Shown here: one piece after another, positions 9,601 to 18,319 of the stretch
Layout of the letters: each line of letters starts with the position of its first letter
Position numbering within the stretch: position 1 is the stretch's first letter
NCBI GenBank assembly: GCA_963842125.1
Contig: CAWJFE010000001.1
Span: 1,475,592 to 1,539,591 of the forward strand
DNA: 64,000 nucleotides
Source: an uncultured Alphaproteobacteria bacterium
GTDB lineage: Bacteria; Pseudomonadota; Alphaproteobacteria; Rhizobiales; CAWCWK01
Direction of reading: 5' to 3'
Program-made: the position numbers and the translations under genes
The notes under the pieces: model-generated
Told to the model about the DNA's origin: nothing
Database searches by the model: none
Seen by the model: only the letters and a program-made list of their open reading frames with translations

Positions 9601-11666
9601 TCGCCGATACGCTCGACGCCGTCGCCGATGCTCGTCTCGTGGCGGGTGCGAGTGCTGTCCAGCATCGTCTCGAGGTCGGATGTGCGAGCCGAAAGATTGG
9701 CGGCGATGAGGCCGGCCTGCTCGCCGAGCGACTGGGTGAGGACGCCGCCCTTGTCGGACACGACCTCGTCGAGGGAGGCGATATGGCGGCCGAGTTCGGT
9801 CGTCAGGCGCGTCGTCTCGCCGTCGATGCTGGCGCGCAGGAGTTCGCTGATCTCTTCCACTTCGCGAATGGCGGCGCCGCTGCGATCGGCGAGCGCGTTG
9901 AACGCGACGTCCGCTGCGGCGCGCACGGCTTCGGCCGCCGTCTCGCCGGCACCGACGAAGCGGGTCTCGATGGTAGCGGTCGCGTCTGCGATCCGGGTTT
10001 CGGCCTCGAAGGTGCGGCTCTCGATCGCGTCGACCTGCGCCTCGGCGGCGGCGGCCAGCGTCTCCGCTGCACCGGCGACCTTCTCTTCCATGCTCGGCCC
10101 GTAGATGCTCAGCGTGTCGTGGAGCTTCTGGCCGGACAGATCGAGCGTGCCGATGAGCGCGTCGGTCTTCGCAAGCACCGTTTCTGCCAGGTAGCCACGG
10201 GTCTCGTTGAGGCTCTGGTCGAGCGTCTCGTTCTGGGCGGCGAGGCCCGCGCTGAAGGCGGCGCGTTCGCTCGCGAGTGCGTTGCTGGCCAGGCGCGCGG
10301 CCTCGCTCATGGCGGCCGAGACGGTCACGCTGACCTCGTCGAGCTGACGCGCGACGTCCTGCGCCCGCAGCGACACGTCGACCTGCACGCTTTCGCCGGC
10401 GTCCATGAGCGCCCGGGTGGCGCTCTCGGCGCGGGCCACGATGGCATCGGTGATCATGCCGCCCTGCTCGACGACCTGTCCGGCCAGAGCCTGGGAGCGC
10501 TCGCCGAAGACGGCCGAGAGATCGTCGCTGGCAATGGCGAGCCGCTCTCCGATGGTCGTCGTCTGGCGGTCGAGGATCTCGCCGAAGAGGGTGGTCGAGT
10601 CGGCGATCTTGACGTCGAACTCGTGCTCGCGCTTGCGCATGGTGGATTCGAGACGTGCGGACGCCTCGTCGATGCGGGAGGCGAGGGAGTCGGCGGTCTC
10701 GGCCAGCTTCTCGTTGGCAAGGCGGCCGTGCTCCTCCAACTGCGCGATAAGCGCGCCGCTCGCGTCGCTAAGGCTGGACGTCACGTCCTCGCCGCGGGCC
10801 GAGAGCACGGCGGCCGCCCGGGCGCTGGCATCCGCGACATTGACTTCTATGGTGTTGCTGACGGCACCCAGCTCGTCTCCAAGCGAGGACTGCGCGACGG
10901 AGATCGCGGCGCGCACCCGCTCGGCATTGCCGACAATGGATTCGCGCTCGTTGACCAGCTCGTCGATGATCCGGCGGATGCGGTTCTCGTTCTCGCCATA
11001 GGCGCGGTCGAGCGTGGCGACCTCGTTGTGGACGAGCGCTTCGAGCTCGCCCGCGCGACCGAGGGCCCGCTCGATCGCCTCGCCCATCGCGTCGACTTCC
11101 TTGCGGATCGCCTGACCGGCCGTGATCGCGCCTTCCTTGGAGGACTGCGCGGGATCGGAGATGCGCACGGCGATATGCGTCATGACGTCCGCGACGTTGC
11201 GGATCTCGGCCGAGCGCCGGATGAGGGACGCGACGCCGAAGAACACGACGATGGGAAGGATCGTTCCGACGATCAGGGCCAGAGCCGGCAGTTCGCGCAG
11301 CAAGGTCTGAACGGGCACGCCGTCCATGACGCGCTCGCCGAACATGCCCCAGCCGACGGCCGCCCCCATCAACACCCAAAGGAGGGAGAGGCAGAAGGCC
11401 ACCCAGAAAGGCGTCGAGGAGGGCTTGGTCTGCAATTGCGCGTAGAGGGCGCCGAAATCGGTCTTGTCGTCGTTGGCGGGGCTACGCGGCGCGCTCGTCT
11501 GACGGCGACGCTGCGCGGGGGATGGCGCCCGGCCCGAGGCGGTCTTCGCGTCCCCGGCAGGCTTCGATCCGGCATCGCCCTCGAGCGCCGCTTCGATGGC
11601 CGCACCGCTGGTGTCGTCGAACTCGGACGAAGCGTTTGCCTTGGTCGGCGTCGTGTTATTGGCCAT
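3666..11666 (-). CDS. Giant membrane-anchored coiled-coil protein, GPR/RgsE-like (growth pole ring protein family candidate)
   Basis: Single ORF (open to 11753). Preferred start is ATG 11666 (MANNTTPTK) preceded by GGGGAG. Two N-terminal TM helices, then about 2,300 residues of Ala/Glu/Thr/Arg helical repeats. Distinct C-terminal domain (...LWDRYKDGERNVFTRRLYTLQGQKTYDDIRRRYARDKEF...). Confidence 0.85.
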   Translation of the reverse strand: MANNTTPTKANASSEFDDTSGAAIEAALEGDAGSKPAGDAKTASGRAPSPAQRRRQTSAPRSPANDDKTDFGALYAQLQTKPSSTPFWVAFCLSLLWVLMGAAVGWGMFGERVMDGVPVQTLLRELPALALIVGTILPIVVFFGVASLIRRSAEIRNVADVMTHIAVRISDPAQSSKEGAITAGQAIRKEVDAMGEAIERALGRAGELEALVHNEVATLDRAYGENENRIRRIIDELVNERESIVGNAERVRAAISVAQSSLGDELGAVSNTIEVNVADASARAAAVLSARGEDVTSSLSDASGALIAQLEEHGRLANEKLAETADSLASRIDEASARLESTMRKREHEFDVKIADSTTLFGEILDRQTTTIGERLAIASDDLSAVFGERSQALAGQVVEQGGMITDAIVARAESATRALMDAGESVQVDVSLRAQDVARQLDEVSVTVSAAMSEAARLASNALASERAAFSAGLAAQNETLDQSLNETRGYLAETVLAKTDALIGTLDLSGQKLHDTLSIYGPSMEEKVAGAAETLAAAAEAQVDAIESRTFEAETRIADATATIETRFVGAGETAAEAVRAAADVAFNALADRSGAAIREVEEISELLRASIDGETTRLTTELGRHIASLDEVVSDKGGVLTQSLGEQAGLIAANLSARTSDLETMLDSTRTRHETSIGDGVERIGETIAARSAEVVQLFRASGEDVSLGLRVVGEETNEVLRAVGDDLVVQLTGERGRLESATEEQSVALQSAARVSSDAVLGASAETLDQFGIASDSLVEHITTTSAALSATLAASRAEIENAVRRQEEALREAGNAQATQATITSEAAKLAVENALTRSTASVANASEAAVRALNEALDQVNEAQTTRLVTMRDTLDRDVEETVARVAGHTAAIEARLQSGLRSVTDVTDETTRLLDTSAAETTRRVIAASESAVGSLDAALDHVGNAQAHNLTDLQIALDTNVAEATARIEAQASAVEARLVAGVMSARQATDETTRYLEERTDDTNRRVLATGQAFVETMDAALDTVGRAQDAGLSGVRTKLDETVAETSARIEAQASAVEARLVAGVTSARQATDETTRYLEERTDDTNRRALATGQAFVETIDAALDRVGQAQDAGLSGVRAELDAAVAETSARIAAQASAVEARLAASIASVGDATDTTTRTLDGAMETVAAAQIAGVASLSRAVDQNVAETTARIASQTSAVEARISEAVRNIARTVETGADDALTRAYATITDRASGLQDGLRGHITTLQDIVGQDGGALNAALVAHEASLRELVESRMVGTTEALTRDISSAADAFATQADAIREVLETRAPQVAQQFEQSRGELTGRLGDLQETISGIHKVIDQRVGAVGAALERGQSRFGVEMETSVSRIADVLTASARVLERATTEGRADLDQVLEEGAARISASFAANTNAFEGVVAQSETGARRIGEALEDGLTRMEALTHGQTENLRAAVAKSGDAAAIVLSGETETLTVAIAEQVAGATSRLAAQVAQIEATLSRSADAIDDSLSRASVRAEEVMATRAYSLDETIETSLARIDEQMGIRAAEVSRTLGDGLRTIKDDTGGLTTLMTDHVSALSDAIATGVTRLGDEMGGRATEIARALDGGVGALRQETEGVSTLLTDQIEAVTRAIEEAGAQAGSISGQTSAAAAAQIASRIAEAENALAQRVDLVVGNIETVTHRIEAATRDADANLASSTKTTTDTLLTAFTETIEAAQGRLAKNAATVAETLASETERLQTILASGSETLSSEAAGRIEALRRTIDGAITRSATEITQQAEAAAETFSAASKGLDESVEGRAAHIVSRLAESTEAFNRRTQIVLDVLEKRAGDVDALVADRAEAVRNDSENQVAAIEGALRNAIAETAEALQRQGAELETVLSSAKVAAEAAIEESATRAAASIGSELARISGAFEDGTGKVVDIADARAARLEEALDAQVSRTEEAASGVAARSEALADALHEVLEKQSGAINALLDDKGGDLVAALGERGDKIASDVEDAIATLRNELDTRSGSVARVIGTMLDERSGMIRDVLASGETLAETLGARGDAAAGRMQDAVGALSAMFDGRTARLSDELATTLEGRTTELSTVLDTRGGEMLSRLEALSNTIADVVSSRAGEINETLDGKGGALLAAMDESGERLRVRMTDVTGRIEAAAQLVTETSESATRDLARVELQLGDQAAALRDLLERVVRDASETSGLLGERVDTMRETAGHIVADVAQLTERFEAQSDGLATAARAVDAVNRRIDQGLAEREARIGALSSSVGAEVEAIEGRVQALAQCLEGSLANAQTRSQEAAAALASAARSIEAAFEGRIEAMRDEATAKGQDVSAAIARTYEQSVASISGALDEAMARFADSAGEMRGMSETIRREIDSTRSLLRDGAIQIPKEAEEGAQSMRRVVSDQIKALRELSEIASRQAGQLDVSVPSFAAATRGETTPRRDERETVVTASTPARETPQAEPVKPAERSFAEPSRSVEDPALSRDLETALQEAIERPAPSVRSTEPARAEPAPEPQPRTRQPIPSARTPIHMVESLNSLSVDIARAIDHDAFMSLWDRYKDGERNVFTRRLYTLQGQKTYDDIRRRYARDKEFRTSVERYLEDFENLLRQVAKDDPNGNAAQDYLMSETGKVYTMLAHTSGRLS
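7980..9060 (-). repeat. In-frame 252-bp (84-aa) tandem repeats inside the giant gene; the two central copies are nearly identical
   Basis: The motif cctcgacggcgctggcctggg recurs at 8210, 8462 and 8714 (period 252). The protein unit is ARIEAQASAVEARLVAGV.SARQATDETTRYLEERTDDTNRR.LATGQAFVET.DAALD.VG.AQDAGLSGVR..LD..VAETS. Confidence 0.85.
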
Positions 11667-11960
11667 CGGTCCCGATACTCCCCGTGACGGGTCCCGCACA
11701 CTCCGGCCCTGAAGATTGGGCGGAGGGAGGACGCACGTCTCCGATACGAGCACTTATGCTAGACGAATTGGGCCGAAACCATAACCGCCGCCGCCGACCA
11801 TCTCAGGTTATCCTAAGATATCGTTAACGGGCTGGCGCATCGGGCGTCGCCGCGTGGTCGTTTGCCTTGGGAACCTGTTTACCCGGCCGTGGCACAATGA
11901 ACGGACGCCGATCACTAGGCGAGAGAATGCGACAATGCATCGGCATATGAGGTCGGTATC

Positions 11961-12756
<796 letters not shown>

Positions 12757-12766
12757 GGCGACACCG

Positions 12767-13960
12767 TCAGGACGCGCTGCGCAGTCCGGAGAGTATTCTG
12801 GTCGCCGCGGCCTTGGCCGGCGCGGGGAGGGCGGTGTGAACGGCCTTGGCCAGGCGCCTCGCATCCCTGATGAGCGGCAGGCTGATGCGCCCGAGAGGGC
12901 TGAGCGGGATCGCCGCTTCGCAGACGGGCATCGTCGTGCTCGTCCAGTCTCGCTTGAAGGCCGTGTCGGGGCCGAGCATGTCGTAGGTCTCGATTCCGGC
13001 GTCGATGCACCAGCCGATGACATCGAGGGTCAGGAGCGCGCCGACGCCGGCCTTCATGAGGCCGGGATCGAACGCGCCGATATGCGACTGGTAGGTCGAC
13101 CCGGCGACGAACCCGATCTCGACCGCGACCGTCCGGCCATCGACGGTGAGTGCGAAGACCTTCATGGCCTCACCGCAAGCCGGATCGGCAGCGATGTCGC
13201 GGAACGATGTCTCGAAATAGTCCGACGCATAGGCCGATCCGACGGCCTGCTGCGCCTCTAACCAGGCACGTTTGAACGCCATGGCGTCGGCCACCGCCTG
13301 CTGGCGCGCATCACCGTCCTCAAGGCTGACGAAGGCAACGTCGTGGGACGCGCGAAGCGACCTCAACCGCCGGCGAAGCGAGCTTCTCCGGTTCTTGGAC
13401 AAGGTCGCGCGATAGGCATCGAGGTCGGCGAACCCGCGAAGGTCTATGGCGGGCGCGTCGTCGGAGAGCCGCGAGGCGTCGTAGATCGCAGGCACCGTCA
13501 ACAGCGGCGAGCAGGGCCTGATCTGGGAGAGACCGACGCAATCGACGTCGTCCCACCCCTCGATCTGCGCCCAGGCGAGCGCAACCGCATCCGGGCCGCC
13601 GGAGGGCACGAGAAGGGGATCGTCATAGCATTGGACGGCGCGGCCGAGCCGCACGGCATGGCGCAACGGCCCGATCTTCGAGATCGCGAAGGCCCAGGCG
13701 AGGACGAGCCGTCCGGCATCCCGAACGCAGACGATCCGGGTCTGGTCCGCCGGGGCGGCTTCGGCGATGGCTTCGAGTGCCGCAGGGGGAAGCTGGAAGG
13801 ACGGCGCGTCCGAAACGAGCGCCGTCCAATCCTCGCGGATGGTGTCGAACCCATCGAGCGTCGTCGCGTCCAGTGTGCGGGGGAGGGCGACCCGTTGATG
13901 CACCCCCCGCTGAGAGGGCGTCGTCCCGCCGATCACTGCGTTCGTCGCCGTGGTCATCAT
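12767..13960 (-). CDS. GNAT-fold acyltransferase, CelD/BioF2/FemAB-like
   Basis: 397 aa. C-terminal half (KRAWLEAQ..., FALTVDGRTVAVEIGFV..., DMLGPDTAFKRDW) resembles the Acetyltransf_6 / cellulose-biosynthesis CelD-like family. Confidence 0.6.
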   Translation of the reverse strand: MMTTATNAVIGGTTPSQRGVHQRVALPRTLDATTLDGFDTIREDWTALVSDAPSFQLPPAALEAIAEAAPADQTRIVCVRDAGRLVLAWAFAISKIGPLRHAVRLGRAVQCYDDPLLVPSGGPDAVALAWAQIEGWDDVDCVGLSQIRPCSPLLTVPAIYDASRLSDDAPAIDLRGFADLDAYRATLSKNRRSSLRRRLRSLRASHDVAFVSLEDGDARQQAVADAMAFKRAWLEAQQAVGSAYASDYFETSFRDIAADPACGEAMKVFALTVDGRTVAVEIGFVAGSTYQSHIGAFDPGLMKAGVGALLTLDVIGWCIDAGIETYDMLGPDTAFKRDWTSTTMPVCEAAIPLSPLGRISLPLIRDARRLAKAVHTALPAPAKAAATRILSGLRSAS

Positions 13961-13981
13961 GCTTCGCCTCCGGTCGGGTCG

Positions 13982-14932
13982 TCAGCGCTGCAGGCGGTAG
14001 CTCGGAATGTCGACATAACCGCCCGGCGCATCGGGATCGACGCGGAAGTTGATGTCGAAGGTCATCTCGTTCATCCGCTGCAGGCCCGACGCCTTGTAGA
14101 CCGCCGCAAGAGCCGTCTTCCCGACGACGCTCGGGCCTTGCAGACGGTATTCCGGGTTCATGCCGAACTTGCGCATCACGCCGTTCGCATAGTTCACCGC
14201 GTAGGAATTGCGGATCGCCTTCGTGAAGTGCGATGTCGTGAACGAGACGTTGAGGCAATCCTCGTTGGCGACACGGTGCGGACCGTTGAGCGGCCAGTGC
14301 GCCATCATGCCGGGCTCGAGATCGATCACCTCGGCGTAATCGTCATACCAGGGCTCGTAGGTGGTGTCCTGCTCGTCCGCCTCGCCGAGAATGATACGCT
14401 CCATGGACGGGCGCTCGAGGAATGGCTCGGTGTTCGGGTAGATGAAGACGCGCTTGCGCCCCCGCACCTGCCACAGCATCTGCCCCGGGATATCGCAGTG
14501 GTAGTAGACCTGCACGCGCGGCGACGAAATGAGGATGCTCTTCTTGCGCTTGTAGAACGCGGAGCCGGGCATCCGGGCCTCGAACTCGTCGTAGATCTCG
14601 TTGAGGAGCTTGCCGTAGACCGGATGGCTTTCCAACTTCTGGATGAGGATCCAGATGGTGCCCTTCCGAACGGCTTCGAGCGCCTGCGCACCGGAGCAGC
14701 GGCCGAGCTCGCCCTCGCGCCACGTGTTCTGCTCGTGCGCATCGGGGTTCATCGTGTTGACGTGATAGCTGCCGCGCGGCGTCGTCTCGATCAGCTCGGC
14801 CAGCGCGTCGTCGGTGAAGAGGTCGGACATGTGCAGCCCGTGCTGCAACCCGATGGTGTGCTTGCTGAAGAGTTTGGCGTGCTTGTCCTGCCAGTTCGTG
14901 ATGACGTCCTGACGGCTCGAATGAAAGCTCAT
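13982..14932 (-). CDS. Cupin-like / JmjC-type Fe(II)-2-oxoglutarate oxygenase family protein
   Basis: VYYHCDIPGQMLWQVRGRKRVFIYP (HxD facial-triad motif) and a distal His (NGPHRV). Start ATG 14932 (MSFHSS). Visibly lower G+C than its neighbours. Confidence 0.65.
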   Translation of the reverse strand: MSFHSSRQDVITNWQDKHAKLFSKHTIGLQHGLHMSDLFTDDALAELIETTPRGSYHVNTMNPDAHEQNTWREGELGRCSGAQALEAVRKGTIWILIQKLESHPVYGKLLNEIYDEFEARMPGSAFYKRKKSILISSPRVQVYYHCDIPGQMLWQVRGRKRVFIYPNTEPFLERPSMERIILGEADEQDTTYEPWYDDYAEVIDLEPGMMAHWPLNGPHRVANEDCLNVSFTTSHFTKAIRNSYAVNYANGVMRKFGMNPEYRLQGPSVVGKTALAAVYKASGLQRMNEMTFDINFRVDPDAPGGYVDIPSYRLQR

Positions 14933-15107
14933 GATGTACGGTCCCCGTGACTCTCGTTGGGACCGTCCTATCATGAATCAGGTCTTCCGTCAGAAGACTC
15001 GCGTGATGTACTTAAGCAAACGCTGCCATGCGTTAAAGCCTGAACAGTTAAATTAAGACCTCGTAAGTGTTAACGTGGTGTCGTCTCGTTCGCCGGCCGG
15101 ACTATGC

Positions 15108-15536
15108 TCAAGCCGTCACCGGCTCGCGCGCCGCCGCGATGATGCGGTCGAGCTCGGGCGTCGTGGCCAGGGTCTTGCGCTCCTCATCGGTGAAGAAGCC
15201 CGCGTCGGCGGCATCATCGGCCGCGATCGGTTCGGCCGCGTCGGTGATGACGACCGCGAAGATCAGCAGCACGACATGTGCATCCGTCAGACGGATCTCG
15301 TGATGGGTCAGGAAGCGGGGCGGGGGAATGACGAGCCCCGTTTCCTCGCGAACCTCGCGGCGGGCCGCATCCTCGGCCGGCTCGCCCCATTCGAGCGCCC
15401 CGCCGGGGAGGCTCCAAGCGCCGGCGAATGGCGGCTTGGAGCGCTTGATGAGAAGGACTTCGTCGCCGCGCAGGACCGCCGTGCTGACGCCGAGCGCGGG
15501 GCGACGCGTCACCCGAGGCGGACGGCCGTTCCGCAA
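15108..15536 (-). CDS. NUDIX hydrolase
   Basis: Nudix box [24 protein letters not shown]. Confidence 0.85.
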   Translation of the reverse strand: MRNGRPPRVTRRPALGVSTAVLRGDEVLLIKRSKPPFAGAWSLPGGALEWGEPAEDAARREVREETGLVIPPPRFLTHHEIRLTDAHVVLLIFAVVITDAAEPIAADDAADAGFFTDEERKTLATTPELDRIIAAAREPVTA

Positions 15537-15853
15537 GCCGTGACCATGAGCATGCCACCCTCCTTGCCGACCGTCTCGTAGTCGAGGTCGACGCCGATGA
15601 CGGCGTTGGCGCCGCGCGCCTCAGCCTCCTCGCACATCTCCCGGACCGCGATGTCGCGCGCCTCGCGCAGGCTCTTCTCATAGGCGCCGGAGCGGCCGCC
15701 GACGATGTCGCGAACGCCGGCGAAGAAGTCGCGGAAGATGTTCGCGCCGAGGATCGCCTCACCGGAGACGAGGCCGTGATATTCGGCGATCCGGTGACCC
15801 TCGACGGTCGGCGTCGTCGTCACCACGACGCTGGACTTGCTCGTTCCCCACAT
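15509..15853 (-). CDS. YbjQ/UPF0145 family protein
   Basis: 114 aa: ...[43 protein letters not shown]...[10 protein letters not shown]... is typical of YbjQ. Confidence 0.85.
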   Translation of the reverse strand: MWGTSKSSVVVTTTPTVEGHRIAEYHGLVSGEAILGANIFRDFFAGVRDIVGGRSGAYEKSLREARDIAVREMCEEAEARGANAVIGVDLDYETVGKEGGMLMVTACGTAVRLG

Positions 15854-15865
15854 GGCCTTCTCTCC

Positions 15866-17287
15866 TCAATTGCCGGTTAGCGGCAGGACCTTGCCCGGAT
15901 TGAGCAGGCCCTGCGGGTCGAGCGCGCGTTTGATGGCACGCATCATGTCCATCGCGACGGGCCCCTCGACGCCCGCCAACATATGGCGCTTGGCTCGCCC
16001 GATGCCATGCTCGGCCGAGATCGAGCCCTCGAAGCGCGAGACGACGGCGTGGACGGCGTCGTTCATCGCGTCGTAGCCGGCCAGGAAGGCCGCCTCGTCG
16101 GCGCCCACGGGCTGCGAGACATTGTAGTGGATGTTACCGTCGCCGACATGGCCGAAGGGTACGGGCCGCGCGCCGGGCATCAGAGCCTCGACGGCCGCGC
16201 CCGCCTCTCGAAAGAAGTCCGGGATCGCGTGGATCGGTACGGACACGTCGTGCTTGATCGAGCCGCCTTCGGGCTTTTGCGCCTCCGACAGGCTCTCGCG
16301 CATGTGCCAGAAGGCGCGTGCCTGAACGAGCGATTGCGCGATGGCCGCATCCTCGATCAGGCCGTCCGCGTCGCCTCGTAGGAAGATCGCCTCCATGACG
16401 GCCGATAGGTCCGCGCCCTCGCGCGGCGAGGAAAGCTCCATGAGGACGTACCAGTCGTGCGGGCCGGCGAGAGGGTCGCGCGCGCCCATGTGGTCGCGCG
16501 ACATCTCCAATCCGAGCCGTGGCATCAGCTCGAAGCTCGTCAGCTCCGCGCCCGCGAGGCCGCGCGCGATGCCGAAGAGCGTGACGGCGTCGTCGGCACT
16601 GCCGAGACCGAGGAACACCGTCTCCCGCACCCGTGGCTTCGGAAAGAGCTTGAGGACGGCCGCCGTGATGAGCCCGAGCGTGCCCTCGCCGCCGACGAAG
16701 AGGTGCTTGAGATCGTAGCCGGTATTGTCCTTGCGAAGGCGGTTGAGCCCGCTCCAGACGCGCCCGTCCGCCAGCACGACCTCAAGCCCCAATACGAGGT
16801 CGCGCGCATTGCCATAGGCGAGGACGGCCGTGCCGCCGGCATTCGTAGAGAGGATGCCGCCGATCTGCGCGGTCCCTTCGGACGCGATGCTCAAGGGGAA
16901 GAAGAGCTCCGCCTCGTCCGCCGCCGCCTGCACCTCGGCCAGCGTCACCCCGGCCTCGACGGTCATCGTCGCGCCCAAGGGGTCGAGCGCGCGGATGCGG
17001 TTCATCCGGCCGAGCGAGACGACGATCTCGTCGCCCGCCTCTGGGATCTGCCCGCCGACGAGCCCGGTATTGCCGCCTTGCGGAACGACCGACACTCCGC
17101 GCTCGGACGCGATGCGCAGAACGCTCGACACTTCCTCCGTCGTCGCCGGCCGGGCGACGAGCGGCGAGTGGCCGATATAGCGATCACGCCATTCTCGTAG
17201 GTAAGGCGCCTGGTCTTCGGGCTCGGTCAGCGCCGCGCCGCGGACGGCGTCGCGGAGCCGACCAAGCGTTTCGGCATCGAGCGTCAT
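15866..17287 (-). CDS. FAD-linked oxidase (GlcD / D-2-hydroxyacid dehydrogenase family)
   Basis: 473 aa with an FAD-binding PCMH-type N-terminal half (VVPQGGNTGLVGG) and a C-terminal FAD-oxidase domain (GSISAEHGIG). Confidence 0.85.
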   Translation of the reverse strand: MTLDAETLGRLRDAVRGAALTEPEDQAPYLREWRDRYIGHSPLVARPATTEEVSSVLRIASERGVSVVPQGGNTGLVGGQIPEAGDEIVVSLGRMNRIRALDPLGATMTVEAGVTLAEVQAAADEAELFFPLSIASEGTAQIGGILSTNAGGTAVLAYGNARDLVLGLEVVLADGRVWSGLNRLRKDNTGYDLKHLFVGGEGTLGLITAAVLKLFPKPRVRETVFLGLGSADDAVTLFGIARGLAGAELTSFELMPRLGLEMSRDHMGARDPLAGPHDWYVLMELSSPREGADLSAVMEAIFLRGDADGLIEDAAIAQSLVQARAFWHMRESLSEAQKPEGGSIKHDVSVPIHAIPDFFREAGAAVEALMPGARPVPFGHVGDGNIHYNVSQPVGADEAAFLAGYDAMNDAVHAVVSRFEGSISAEHGIGRAKRHMLAGVEGPVAMDMMRAIKRALDPQGLLNPGKVLPLTGN

Positions 17288-18243
17288 GTCCCGTCCTCCC
17301 GGTCGGCCGCCGCGCGGCGCAGGCGGTCGTTGATGGCGGCGCCGATGCCGTGCTGTGGAATGGGGCTGACAGCGATCGTATCCGCCCCCGTCGCATCGAG
17401 CCGCCGGAGCGCGGCGAAAAGGTTGTGCGCCGCCTCATCGAGATCGCCGGTCTGGGAGAGGTTCTCGGTAGCCGGCATATCGTCCGCTCCGAACCCCAAC
17501 CGGACCTCGTCCTGCCCGATCGCCGAAGCGTTTAGCCGGACACGCGCACGAGGCGCGTAATGCGAGGACAGTGCTCCCGGCGCGACGATCGGCCCATCCG
17601 GCCGCGCTGTATCGATCGCGCCCACGACGGCCTCCAACGTCTCCCGCGAGATGCCGCCAGGACGAAGCAGGCGAGGTCGTGCAGCGGAGCAATCGACGAT
17701 GGTCGATTCCAACCCGACCGTCGTCGCCCCACCTTCGAGAACGATGGGGAGGGCATCGCCGAACGCGGCCCGCACGTCTTCGGCCCGCGTCGGGCTCAGG
17801 CGCCCCGAGGGATTGGCCGAGGGTGCGACGATGGCTTTGTCGAACTGCTTCAGCACGGCCTGCGCCACCGGGTGCGACGGTATCCGTAAAGCCAATGTCG
17901 AGAGCCCGGCCCGCGCTGCATCACACACGCCGTTGCCGGTATAAGGCAGAACGAGGGAGAGCGGCCCCGGCCAGAACGCTTCGGCCAAGGCCTCCGCGGC
18001 CGTGTCGAAGACGCCGTATCGCCGGGCATGGTCGACCCTCGCCACGTGCGCGATGAGCGGGTTGATCGCCGGTCGGTTCTTGATCGCGAAGATGCGCGCC
18101 ACCGCCGCATCATCGTCCGCAGCGCCGGCGAGCCCATAGACCGTCTCCGTGGGCAGGCCGATCACGCCGCCACGACGCAGGAGGGCGACGGCGTCCTCAA
18201 TCTCTTCTACACTTGCAAACACGCGAACTCCGACCCCATCCAC
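17284..18243 (-). CDS. tsaC: L-threonylcarbamoyladenylate synthase (Sua5/YwlC/TsaC family, long form)
   Basis: GGVIGLPTETVYGLAGAADDDAAVARIFAIKNRPAINPLIAHV plus a C-terminal Sua5 domain. ATGA overlap with the downstream gene. Confidence 0.9.
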   Translation of the reverse strand: MDGVGVRVFASVEEIEDAVALLRRGGVIGLPTETVYGLAGAADDDAAVARIFAIKNRPAINPLIAHVARVDHARRYGVFDTAAEALAEAFWPGPLSLVLPYTGNGVCDAARAGLSTLALRIPSHPVAQAVLKQFDKAIVAPSANPSGRLSPTRAEDVRAAFGDALPIVLEGGATTVGLESTIVDCSAARPRLLRPGGISRETLEAVVGAIDTARPDGPIVAPGALSSHYAPRARVRLNASAIGQDEVRLGFGADDMPATENLSQTGDLDEAAHNLFAALRRLDATGADTIAVSPIPQHGIGAAINDRLRRAAADREDGT

Positions 18244-18319
18244 CCGATAGCTTACGTTGACGGAAGGTCTACTGCTGTGACAGAGATTGCGCCGACATGT
18301 CCAGCACCCGGTAGCCTCG

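Noticed and set aside
8799-11687. A 962-codon plus-strand ORF, and many other long ORFs antisense to real genes. Examples: 606..2555(-), 3687..4727(+), 7290..8543(+), 27059..29935(+), 29682..31730(+), 36071..37222(-), 38996..40972(+), 43610..44839(+), 44971..46413(+), 46206..47738(+), 49180..50127(-), 53092..54831(-), 57391..59274(-).
   Set aside because: These are Arg/Gly/Asp/Pro-rich translations with no recognisable motifs. Each lies exactly opposite a gene with clear family signatures. They are classic shadow ORFs caused by the scarcity of stop codons in high-GC DNA.
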